Part shown: positions 26,868 through 35,187 of the stretch, piece by piece
Layout: each line of letters starts with the position of its first letter
How positions within the stretch are numbered: the stretch's first letter is position 1
NCBI GenBank assembly: GCA_016712885.1
Contig: JADJQF010000015.1
Coordinates: 1 to 40,000, forward strand
DNA: 40,000 bases
Direction: 5' to 3'
From: Candidatus Flexicrinis proximus
GTDB lineage: Bacteria; Chloroflexota; Anaerolineae; Aggregatilineales; Phototrophicaceae
The notes under the pieces: model-generated
The model's database searches: none
What the model was told of the DNA's origin: nothing
The model's input: the letters and a program-made list of their open reading frames with translations, nothing else
Position numbers and translations under genes: made by a program

Positions 26868-27677
26868 TTACTGTAGGCGCAGTGTTTGGTTGAAGTAAAT
26901 CATGTCCGGGTTGCTGATTCCGTTCAGCGACATGATCGTCCGGATCAGGACGTTACAGCGCAGTGAGATGGCAAACAGCGTGTCGCCCTGATCGACAACC
27001 ACTTCCGACCCGCATGTGCTGCCGGTTGAGGTGTCGATCGTGCCCGTGCTGCCCGTTCCGCCAACGCTTCCCGTTTCGGACGTGCCCGTGCCGGCACCGC
27101 AGTTAGGAATGACGATGCGCTGGCCGATCGAGATCAGAGCCGGGTTGGCGATACCGTTATAGTTCGCGATCGTCTGATACCCCACGCCATAACGCAGGCC
27201 GATCCGGAATAGGTTCTCTCCGGCGCTCACGACATGCTCGCAGTCACCAGTCCCCCCCGCGAAACCCGTGGTGGGAGTCAAGGTCGGGATGACGTTAAAT
27301 GCAGGGTCTAGCGTGGGTGTGGCGGTCGGGATTTCGAACACGAATGCAGCCGAAGCGGTCATATTGACATAGATCTGCGTGGCCGCTGCAATCGTCTGCG
27401 TCACGCCAAGGATAATCGGATCGACGGTTGGCTCAGAGAGCTGCGCGACGGCAGTCATCTGGATAAGTGCATTTTCATCTGGCGTGGCGGTAACGATGAA
27501 GACTTCCGGTGCCTGGGTTGGCCCAAGGGTCCATGTCGCAGACGGAAATGGCGTCGGGCTTGGCAGCAGTTGTGGAATAGCCGTCGGGTCGGCACTATCG
27601 CTTGCGCGAAGTAAACACCCTCCCGATCCTAGCATCACAGCAACCATGGCAAAGCCAAAGGCGATTTTACGCAGCAT
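26868..27677 (-). CDS. LysM domain-containing secreted/lipoprotein
   Basis: Start set at ATG 27677 (MLRKIAFGFAMVAVMLGSGGC). Two C-terminal LysM repeats (HVVSAGENLFRIGLRYGV.., VVVDQGDTLFAISLRCNV..) are separated by a G/T/S-rich linker. Confidence 0.8.
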   Translation of the reverse strand: MLRKIAFGFAMVAVMLGSGGCLLRASDSADPTAIPQLLPSPTPFPSATWTLGPTQAPEVFIVTATPDENALIQMTAVAQLSEPTVDPIILGVTQTIAAATQIYVNMTASAAFVFEIPTATPTLDPAFNVIPTLTPTTGFAGGTGDCEHVVSAGENLFRIGLRYGVGYQTIANYNGIANPALISIGQRIVIPNCGAGTGTSETGSVGGTGSTGTIDTSTGSTCGSEVVVDQGDTLFAISLRCNVLIRTIMSLNGISNPDMIYFNQTLRLQ

Positions 27678-27798
27678 AGCTGTCCACTCCCAAGCACGGC
27701 GGCATACACCACAAACCACATTATAGTAGGTGAATCGCCGTTTGCCTAATCAAGTTCAAGTCTCGCGGCAGATAACTGCTGCGCGTATACTGGCTCAC

Positions 27799-28644
27799 AT
27801 GAAACGACTCGTGATCCTCGCCATTTTCGCGGCCATGCTCAGCGCATGTGACATTGCGTTCGGGCCGGAACCCACCCCTACCCCGACTCCGCCCTACGGG
27901 GAATTGGCGCCCAGCCCAACCTTCGACATTCACCCCCCAACCGATCTTCCGGTTGGCGTCCCGCTCGATATGGAAGGCCTGAATAACCCGACTGCGGCGG
28001 CGCTGGCCGCGCAGGCGGCGTTCCTACCGGCAATGCCAACGCCAGACCTGTCCCTGCGTCCGGTCCTCATCACTATCCCCCTCCCATCTGGCATCCAGCT
28101 TGATGGCGAGTTATGGATACCAGGCGGAAGCGCGCCTGGTATTCTGCTGCTGGGAAGCACCTTCGAAGGCTGGGGCGGCTTCCCGGCCATTCTCCGCGAC
28201 CATGGCTATGCCGTCGTTTCGGTCGAAGGCGCACTTGGGTCTGATCCTGCCCAGGATGTCCGGGCGATCCTTGACGTGATGTCGGTGCAGCCAGGCGTCG
28301 ATCCCTCCCGGTTAATCGTGATCGGTGCGTTGTCAGGCGCAGATGCCGGGCTTGCCGGTTGTGCAGTGGACAGCCGCTGTCTGGGTTCGGTTCTCTTGAG
28401 TCCTCAAGCCACCTCGGTGCTGGAGGCCGTTATGCCGGACTACAATCCCCGTCCGATTCTGCTGGCCGCCAGCCAGGAAGACTCCGCTTCGCTGCGCGCC
28501 GCCGACCAGGTTCGCCAGGCCGCAACTGGCCCTGCGCTTTTCCAGCCGTTCGAGGCCGCGGGCCGGGGTGTTCAACTGCTCGCTAACCGGCCGGATCTGG
28601 TTACACTCATCATCGAGTTTCTCGATACGGTTTCCTCGCGCTGA
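27799..28644 (+). CDS. lipoprotein, alpha/beta-hydrolase-like (dienelactone hydrolase-like)
   Basis: Start set at ATG 27799 (MKRLVILAIFAAMLSACD, lipobox). Possible nucleophile elbow IGALSGADAG. The family call is weak. Confidence 0.5.
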   Translation: MKRLVILAIFAAMLSACDIAFGPEPTPTPTPPYGELAPSPTFDIHPPTDLPVGVPLDMEGLNNPTAAALAAQAAFLPAMPTPDLSLRPVLITIPLPSGIQLDGELWIPGGSAPGILLLGSTFEGWGGFPAILRDHGYAVVSVEGALGSDPAQDVRAILDVMSVQPGVDPSRLIVIGALSGADAGLAGCAVDSRCLGSVLLSPQATSVLEAVMPDYNPRPILLAASQEDSASLRAADQVRQAATGPALFQPFEAAGRGVQLLANRPDLVTLIIEFLDTVSSR

Positions 28645-28658
28645 AAGGCCAAATCACA

Positions 28659-29105
28659 GTGTTCGTGCCGGAAGGTTACCGCTACCGTACACCGATTGCC
28701 ATTCGTTATGGCGACATGGATACCCTCGGTCATGTCAACAACGCCAAGTACTTGACCTACCTGGAACAAAGCCGCGTCAGTTACTTTCGCGATCAGAAGT
28801 TATGGGACGGCAGTATTTCGGCCACAGGCATGATCGTCGCGCGGGTTGAAATCGACTTCAAAGCGCCGATAACCGTAGCCGACGAGGAAGCCGTAGTCTG
28901 GACGCGTGTCAGCAGACTCGGCGGCAAGAGTTTCGACATGGAGCACCTGATCCTCGTCAAACGCAACGATTTGCCGGTAACTGCAGCCATCTCGCGAACC
29001 GTCATTGTGGTTTTCGATTACATCAGGAACGCCACGGTCCAAATTCCGGACGCGTGGCGTTCTCTGATGATCGACTATGATGGTCTCGGTCCTGCCTCAG
29101 GCTGA
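28659..29105 (+). CDS. acyl-CoA thioesterase (4HBT/YbgC hotdog family)
   Basis: 148 aa with a GTG start. IRYGDMDTLGHVNNAKYLTYLEQSR is typical of the 4HBT family. Confidence 0.8.
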   Translation: MFVPEGYRYRTPIAIRYGDMDTLGHVNNAKYLTYLEQSRVSYFRDQKLWDGSISATGMIVARVEIDFKAPITVADEEAVVWTRVSRLGGKSFDMEHLILVKRNDLPVTAAISRTVIVVFDYIRNATVQIPDAWRSLMIDYDGLGPASG

Positions 29106-29129
29106 GACCTGTATTCCTGCATTGTTCGC

Positions 29130-30965
29130 CTAGTAGTACAGCTCGAATGTGTAGCTTGCGCTCGGGCTGTTCATTTCCGTGCCGCCATCCACACCAATAT
29201 TTGCGACCACATACCCTGCCTGCGTACCGGTCAAGCCGGTCGGGAACGCACCATAGGGCACATGCATCCAGTAGCCCGTCCACTCACTGGCGTCGTATGA
29301 CGGAGTCACGACTTCCTGCACTGTCAGGCCACCTGATGGGTCACAATAGTAAGCGTCTGTCGCCTGCGGGCAGGCAACGGCCGTGCCATCGGCCCAGAAG
29401 AAGAATAACGCAACACGGATGGGAACGCCCTGGAACCCGTTTACATTGAAATCGACATAGGTCTTGACGCCGTTTTCGCTGCTGCGGTCACCCGCCACAT
29501 CAAACTCCATCGAAGTGATTTCAATCGACATCTCTTCGCTGGTCTGAACCTGTCCGCCAGTTCCGAAGTCGATGGCGACCGATGCGGGTTCGCTCGGATT
29601 CGTCAGTGCGGTGCCGTCATTCAGCCCGACGTTGGCAGTCACTGAGAATTCCACACGACCACTGAGGCCGTCAGGCATTCCGATATACGGAACCCAGAAC
29701 CAGTAATCTTCCCAGATCGTGTCTTCGAATGAGGGAGTCAACACTGATTGTACGGTCAGATTGCCGTTTGGATCGCACTCGTCCTGCGTCATATTTGCGC
29801 AGGAAACGGGAGTCCCGTCGGCAAATGTAAAGAATACTCCTGTTCGGATTTCCTGGCCAAGGAAGCCGACCGCGTTGATTTCCGTGTGAATCTTGAAGCC
29901 GATTTCGCCACCGTCATCCACGGCCACGTCGTACTCGACATTGGTGATGCGAATGCTCAGGTTCTGATTGCTGTCCTGCTGAACGCTGTCGGCAGGGAAA
30001 TTGACGACAGCCGTCGACGTGAAGTCGCGCTCGCGGAGGCTTGCCAGTTCGTTTGTGTCGCAGTCCTGCATCAGCACATCGTAGATCCCCGGCGGGATCT
30101 GAATGCTGAACGACTGTCCGCTCGGAATTGTTCCTGCATCGCCGAGCGCGTCCGCGCCCCACTCCGAGGCCGTCGACGGCGAAACATACAGGTAGCATAT
30201 GGGGGTCGGCGACGCGTTGTTCACCGTGAAGTTCACCGAGTCGGGAATCATGCCCTGTTCGTAGGCACCAAGGACAGTCTCGACCGCGATAAACGGAAGA
30301 ATACCGCCTAAGCGTCCGAGTGTTCTTTCTTCAGAGCGCACCATGGTCGGGATGCCGAGGAAAGCACCGGAATCGTCGACCACCAGACCGCCCGAGTTCC
30401 CCGGCGAAATTTCCGCATCGGTGCGGTACCACAGCGGCACGCGGCTCTCAAACAGATTCGCGTTCTCGACGCTGGTCACACTTCCTTGTGTGATGACCAG
30501 GAAACCATCTCCCACGCTGGGATAACCAAAGACGGTGATGTGATCGCCCAGTGCGATTTCTCGCGAGCCTCGGTTCAGGGCCGGTAGATTGAGCGACATC
30601 GGGTCAATCTGGCGCCCCTCGGGGTCGCGGTCGATTTGAAGGATCGCAAAGTCGATTTCGTTGAATGCGCGCACAACGCTGGCGAAACCGATCGATTCGG
30701 GCAGTTCTCCCACGGTACGGGTTACGTAGACTTCAAAACCGTTCGCCCCTTCAACAACGTGGTGGTTGGTGTAGATCAACCCGGTAGGTTCGACGATGGT
30801 ACCGGAGCCAGTCGAGACCGGCTGACCGTCCTGCGAGGCAAGGATAAATACGACGGACTGCGATATTTTTGTGATGTCTTCCGGAGACAGCCCCTGTGCA
30901 AGCGCTGTGCTGCCAATTCCCAAAATCGCTGTAATAACAATGAGTATCAGAGCTAAACGACGCAT
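29130..30965 (-). CDS. secreted trypsin-like (S1) serine protease with tandem C-terminal beta-rich repeats
   Basis: Start set at ATG 30965 (MRRLALILIVITAILGIGSTALAQG) with SD GGAGAT upstream. Catalytic His in TNHHVV and Ser in GNSGGLVV. The C-terminal ~277 aa form two homologous ~135-aa modules. Confidence 0.8.
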   Translation of the reverse strand: MRRLALILIVITAILGIGSTALAQGLSPEDITKISQSVVFILASQDGQPVSTGSGTIVEPTGLIYTNHHVVEGANGFEVYVTRTVGELPESIGFASVVRAFNEIDFAILQIDRDPEGRQIDPMSLNLPALNRGSREIALGDHITVFGYPSVGDGFLVITQGSVTSVENANLFESRVPLWYRTDAEISPGNSGGLVVDDSGAFLGIPTMVRSEERTLGRLGGILPFIAVETVLGAYEQGMIPDSVNFTVNNASPTPICYLYVSPSTASEWGADALGDAGTIPSGQSFSIQIPPGIYDVLMQDCDTNELASLRERDFTSTAVVNFPADSVQQDSNQNLSIRITNVEYDVAVDDGGEIGFKIHTEINAVGFLGQEIRTGVFFTFADGTPVSCANMTQDECDPNGNLTVQSVLTPSFEDTIWEDYWFWVPYIGMPDGLSGRVEFSVTANVGLNDGTALTNPSEPASVAIDFGTGGQVQTSEEMSIEITSMEFDVAGDRSSENGVKTYVDFNVNGFQGVPIRVALFFFWADGTAVACPQATDAYYCDPSGGLTVQEVVTPSYDASEWTGYWMHVPYGAFPTGLTGTQAGYVVANIGVDGGTEMNSPSASYTFELYY

Positions 30966-31166
30966 GCCGGATCTCCAGTCACCACTCCGCGCGATATTGC
31001 CTTGTAACATATTATGACACAAACTCGGTTTTGCGTCGGCAAGTTGCGGGCACTTCGGCAAATCCAGCTATCCAGCAGATGCGGCGGCGCAGCAATTTAA
31101 TCTTGATTAGGTTACTGGTACAATCGGCAAAACAAGTCCGACCGTACACATTTGGAGGATTTTCCC

Positions 31167-31946
31167 TTGTTAATCGTATCTTTTACCCGCAGCACGCCGG
31201 ATACGGCGGCTGCATTGACCGTCGGCGCGGACGGCAAGGTCAATTGGGGCGGCGCGGGAACCGTCGTCAATCCATGGGATGAATATGCCCTTGAAGAGGC
31301 CATCGTTCAGGCCAAGAACGCCGGCGGCAAAGCCACAGTCATTGCGATTGGAGGCGAAATGCACGCCGACGCCCTGAAACACAGCCTGGCGATGGGTCTC
31401 GACGAAGCGATCCGCATTGAAGATCCGGCTGTCGACCCGACCGATGGCCTCGCTTACGGTATCACAGCGGCCGCGGCGGTCCGCAAGCTGGGCGAAACCA
31501 GACTCGTGATCTTCGGGAAGGAAGCCGTTGATGTCGGTTCCGACCAGCACACGGCTGTAACGGCGCGCAAGCTCGGCTGGAACTTGCTGACTGGCGTCGC
31601 CAAAATCCTCGCCGTCGACTTTGCGGCTGGTACCATTAAGGTCGAACGGGCACTAGAAGGCGGCAAACAGGTTGTCACCAGCAGCCTGCCTGCCGTCATC
31701 AGCGTCACTAAAGAGATTAACGAACCGCGCTACCCATCCTTCATCGGTATTCGCAAGGCCTCCAAAGCAGTCATTCCGGTGTGGTCGCTGGCGGATCTGG
31801 GCGTCGCGCTCTCTGCGCGTGCCACTGAAACGGTCGCGATCCGCGGTTTGCCCGCGCGCAGCGTTCAGGTTGAGATGATCGAGGGGGAACCCGCCCAACA
31901 AGCCGCGATTCTGGTTGACAAGCTGCTAGCCGAGAAGGTGCTGTAA
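31167..31946 (+). CDS. etfB: electron transfer flavoprotein subunit beta
   Basis: TTG at 31167 (LIVSFTRSTPDT..), 7 nt after SD GGAGGA (31154-31159). EtfB-like throughout (..EINEPRYPSFIGIRKASK..). Confidence 0.85.
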   Translation: MLIVSFTRSTPDTAAALTVGADGKVNWGGAGTVVNPWDEYALEEAIVQAKNAGGKATVIAIGGEMHADALKHSLAMGLDEAIRIEDPAVDPTDGLAYGITAAAAVRKLGETRLVIFGKEAVDVGSDQHTAVTARKLGWNLLTGVAKILAVDFAAGTIKVERALEGGKQVVTSSLPAVISVTKEINEPRYPSFIGIRKASKAVIPVWSLADLGVALSARATETVAIRGLPARSVQVEMIEGEPAQQAAILVDKLLAEKVL

Positions 31947-32980
31947 TGAGTGTTCTGGTTTGGATCGAAACAAATGAGGGTGTCGCCAAGCAGACCAGTT
32001 GGGAAGCGCTCGGCGCAGGGAAGATCATAGCGGACGGCTTTGGTGTTCCACTGACGGCGGTCGTCTTTGGCAAAAACGCGGGTGCACTCGCTCAGCAGGC
32101 TATTCATCACGGTGCGGCCAACGCCATCGCTGTGGACGACGCCACTCTTGAGCCTTTCCGGCTTGAACCGTATGCCGCCCTCTTGAGCCAACTCGTCAGA
32201 GACCTCGGCGCTAAGGCTGTCGTGGCAGTTGCGACCGGCGCGGGGCGCGAACTGCTTGCCGCAAGCGCCGCGGATACGGACAGTGGGATGCTGTCCGACG
32301 CTGTGGAACTGAGTGTGGCCGGCGGTAAAGTATCTGTGGTGCGCCCGGTTTACGCAGGTAAACTCCTCAGCGATGCCGCCAGCACTGGTGCGGGTACGGT
32401 CTTCGTAACCGTTCGCGGCCGTGCGTTCAAACCGTTGGGTGAGAACCCCGCCGCCGCAGGAACAGTGACCTACGCTGCGCCAGTCCTCGCTGAGGCCGAC
32501 ATCAAGACCAAAATCGAGTCCTTCGAAGCCGAGTCAGGCACCGTCAACCTCACCGACGCCGCGATTATCGTCAGCGCCGGACGCGGGATTTCCAATAACC
32601 CCAAGGAGCCGCCGGCAGGGACCGATAAACCCGACGTGTGGAAAGCTCAGGACGGTTTTGCCAACGTCATCAAGCCGCTCGCAGATGTCCTGGGAGGCGC
32701 GGTCGGTGCTTCGCGTGCCGCTGTTGACGCCGGCTATATCCCCTATGCGCATCAGGTAGGGCAAACCGGAAAGACCGTTGCACCCGATCTGTATATCGCC
32801 TGCGCGATTAGCGGTGCGATCCAGCATCAGGCAGGAATGCGCACAAGCAAAGTGATCGTAGCCATCAACAAAGACGGAGAAGCGCCGATCTTCAAGATGG
32901 CGCGCTACGGCCTGGTGGGCGATATCTACAAGATCGTGCCCGCGCTCACTGAGGAACTCAAGAGGCGGCTCGGCAAGTAA
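31946..32980 (+). CDS. etfA: electron transfer flavoprotein subunit alpha
   Basis: The ATG overlaps the etfB TAA by 1 nt. FAD-binding signature PDLYIACAISGAIQHQAGM. Confidence 0.9.
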   Translation: MSVLVWIETNEGVAKQTSWEALGAGKIIADGFGVPLTAVVFGKNAGALAQQAIHHGAANAIAVDDATLEPFRLEPYAALLSQLVRDLGAKAVVAVATGAGRELLAASAADTDSGMLSDAVELSVAGGKVSVVRPVYAGKLLSDAASTGAGTVFVTVRGRAFKPLGENPAAAGTVTYAAPVLAEADIKTKIESFEAESGTVNLTDAAIIVSAGRGISNNPKEPPAGTDKPDVWKAQDGFANVIKPLADVLGGAVGASRAAVDAGYIPYAHQVGQTGKTVAPDLYIACAISGAIQHQAGMRTSKVIVAINKDGEAPIFKMARYGLVGDIYKIVPALTEELKRRLGK

Positions 32981-33017
32981 CTGCCAAAGTTCCAGCCGGA
33001 AATAGACTGAATACACG

Positions 33018-33060
33018 ACAGGGAACCGGAGTCTGACGATCCGGTTCCCTGTATTATTCT
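33018..33060 (+). terminator. intrinsic terminator after etfA
   Basis: ACAGGGAACCGGA (33018-33030) pairs with TCCGGTTCCCTGT (33040-33052). Perfect 13-bp stem, 9-nt loop, followed by ATTATTCT. Confidence 0.75.
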
Positions 33061-33080
33061 CTTACAGTAGATGCTGGGGC

Positions 33081-33111
33081 TTGATTACAAACCGTCCAGA
33101 CGGTATAGTAA
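33081..33111 (+). promoter_or_regulatory. candidate promoter with embedded palindromic operator upstream of the TetR gene
   Basis: TTGATT (33081-33086), 17 nt spacer, TATAGT (33104-33109). The spacer holds the perfect palindrome ACCGTC-CA-GACGGT (33091-33104), extendable imperfectly to TTACAA..ATAGTAA. Confidence 0.5.
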
Positions 33112-33152
33112 TTCAACGAGGTGGGTTCGGCAGAGACGACTGGAGGCGTGAA

Positions 33153-33704
33153 ATGACCAAGAAGCGTGGCGCACCCTCCAAACGAGATTCCATCCTGTAC
33201 GCCGCAGGTCAGGTTGTCATCAGCGAAGGCGCCGGTCAGCTCACGCTCGACTCGGTCGCTGAAAAAGCTGGGGTCAGCAAAGGTGGGCTGCTCTATCACT
33301 TCCCGACCAAAGACGCGCTGATCTCAGAGCTGCTCAGCGCATACCTTGGCGCCTTTGATGCTCAGATCGGCGACTACATCGCAGGAGATACCGAGTCAAA
33401 GGCCGGTCGGTTCTTGCGGGCGTACGTCCGGACAAGCTTCACGGATACACGACCCGACCCAGGGCTCGCGGCCGCGGCACTTGCAGCGATCACCGCAAGG
33501 CCCGAGCTTCTGCAGAAAGTACGTGACAAATACGCAGAGTGGCAGTCCCGTGCCCTCAGTGACGAGATCCCGATAGAAACCGCCTTAACGGTCATGCTGG
33601 CCACGGACGGCATCTGGTGCGCTGAATTGCTCGGTATTGAGCCGCTCAAGAGCGATCAGCGGGCACTGCTGCAGACGGCGCTGTTAAGGCTTCTCAAGGG
33701 TTAA
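33153..33704 (+). CDS. TetR/AcrR family transcriptional regulator
   Basis: Start ATG 33153 with SD GGAGG upstream. HTH LTLDSVAEKAGVSKGGLLYHFPTKDAL. Confidence 0.9.
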   Translation: MTKKRGAPSKRDSILYAAGQVVISEGAGQLTLDSVAEKAGVSKGGLLYHFPTKDALISELLSAYLGAFDAQIGDYIAGDTESKAGRFLRAYVRTSFTDTRPDPGLAAAALAAITARPELLQKVRDKYAEWQSRALSDEIPIETALTVMLATDGIWCAELLGIEPLKSDQRALLQTALLRLLKG

Positions 33705-33817
33705 GCGCGCAAGCGCTCCACATTAAGACAGGTTATCCCGGCGGCTTTTTGCCCGCCCTCTTATGTCTCGGATTCCGTGGCAGCCGGTTTCACGCGCCAC
33801 AAAACAGGAGCACGACA

Positions 33818-34249
33818 ATGGATTACCTTGGTGCAGCGGCGGCCGCATGGTTTCTGGGGTTCTTCCCCCTGACGGAAGCGGCAATAGCGGTGCCTGCGGC
33901 ATTGGCATCCGGCCTGGACACGTTTTCGGCGATCTTCTGGACGGTGCTGGGGAATTTGACCCCTGTCCTGCTCATCCACTATGGCTATGAAGGGCTGATG
34001 CGGATTGGACGGCTTCGCAACTGGATGGACAGGCTCGTCAGTGAAAAGTCGAAAGCCCGCTTCGATAAGTGGGGCGTATGGTTTATATTGGTCTTTACGC
34101 CCTGGATCGGGGTATGGGCGATGGGCGTCACAGCCAAGGCATTGCAGATCGATTCGCGGCGGTTTATCGCGTTTGCGTTCATCAGCGTCACGATCTACGC
34201 GGTGGTGCTGACGTTTATCCTGCGGGCGGCCGCGAGCCTGGTGAACTAA
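33818..34249 (+). CDS. small multidrug export protein family (COG2426-like) membrane protein
   Basis: Start ATG 33818 with SD AGGAG 7 nt upstream. 4-TM protein (GFFPLTEAAIAVPAALA.., FTPWIGVWAMGVTA) located downstream of the TetR gene. Confidence 0.65.
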   Translation: MDYLGAAAAAWFLGFFPLTEAAIAVPAALASGLDTFSAIFWTVLGNLTPVLLIHYGYEGLMRIGRLRNWMDRLVSEKSKARFDKWGVWFILVFTPWIGVWAMGVTAKALQIDSRRFIAFAFISVTIYAVVLTFILRAAASLVN

Positions 34250-34300
34250 GCCGGTATCACCTGGTAGTCGCTGGTTCAACTCCCCTGGCGGGGAACCGAC

Positions 34301-34681
34301 TCATACTGTGATCTCGATCCGGATTTCATCGGGGCCAAGTACAACCGCCTCGTAGTAGCCATCCCCGGTACGGCGCGGGCCATCAACGACGCGGTATCCC
34401 TCATTGGTCAGGCGCAGCGCCAGGGCGTCAACCGCGGTTTCCGACCCTAATGAGATCGCGAGATGGGCCCAGCCGATCGACTCTGCTTTAGCTGCATCCA
34501 GGCCAGGTTTGGCCATCAATTCAAGACGCGCACCGTCATCAGGAAAGGTCAGAAAGTACGAGACAAACTGGCGGGTCGGGTTCTCATAGCGCTCGCCTGT
34601 TGTGGCGTTGAAATAGCGGGTAAAGAACTCGCGCGATTGTTCCAGGTCCGTGACCCAAATGGCCACGTGTTCAATTCTCAT
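34301..34681 (-). CDS. VOC family protein (glyoxalase/bleomycin-resistance fold)
   Basis: 126 aa. MRIEHVAIWVTDLEQSREFF and ..WAHLAISLGS.. are typical VOC half-sites. Confidence 0.8.
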   Translation of the reverse strand: MRIEHVAIWVTDLEQSREFFTRYFNATTGERYENPTRQFVSYFLTFPDDGARLELMAKPGLDAAKAESIGWAHLAISLGSETAVDALALRLTNEGYRVVDGPRRTGDGYYEAVVLGPDEIRIEITV

Positions 34682-34764
34682 TAGGCCTCACCCCCCGTAA
34701 TTGAGACTAAAAGGACGCGCCGGGGCGCGTCCAAACGTGTATCACTACCCTGGCCCGAGTCTGC

Positions 34765-35163
34765 TCAGGCGACCAGAAACGGCTGGGAACGGGCATCCTG
34801 TTCACGCTGGAGGTGCAGCACTTCGAGCGCATGGGCCAGCGCTTCGGGTGTAGTCGCTGCCGGGAGTTCGTGAAAGAGGATGTACTCCGGCACGTCCAGG
34901 TCCAACGGCTCCTCTGCAAGGCGCACGACAATGTCCTTCAGGCGGGCCGAGGGACCGGTGACGCTCGTCAGATTGACCACGAGTTCATTCAGCCAGTCCG
35001 AATCTCCGTCGATCACGACGGCATGCGGCGTGTAGTAGATCGACATTGCCAGTGCTTCGTTGATCGAGTTGGGATGGAACACTTCCCACCCGCGGGCGGC
35101 GTGGGTCTGATGGAGTCGCGATGTGAGGTCGTCTGTAGCATACAGGATGGTTAGGTTGGTCAC
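34765..35163 (-). CDS. hypothetical protein, receiver-domain-like (possibly pseudo-receiver)
   Basis: 132 aa. ILYATDD and HAVVIDGD resemble the acidic pocket and phospho-acceptor strands of CheY-like receivers. No conserved K-P seen. The call is weak. Confidence 0.4.
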   Translation of the reverse strand: MTNLTILYATDDLTSRLHQTHAARGWEVFHPNSINEALAMSIYYTPHAVVIDGDSDWLNELVVNLTSVTGPSARLKDIVVRLAEEPLDLDVPEYILFHELPAATTPEALAHALEVLHLQREQDARSQPFLVA

Positions 35164-35187
35164 GGTGAATCTCCTTCTCTAGCGCAC

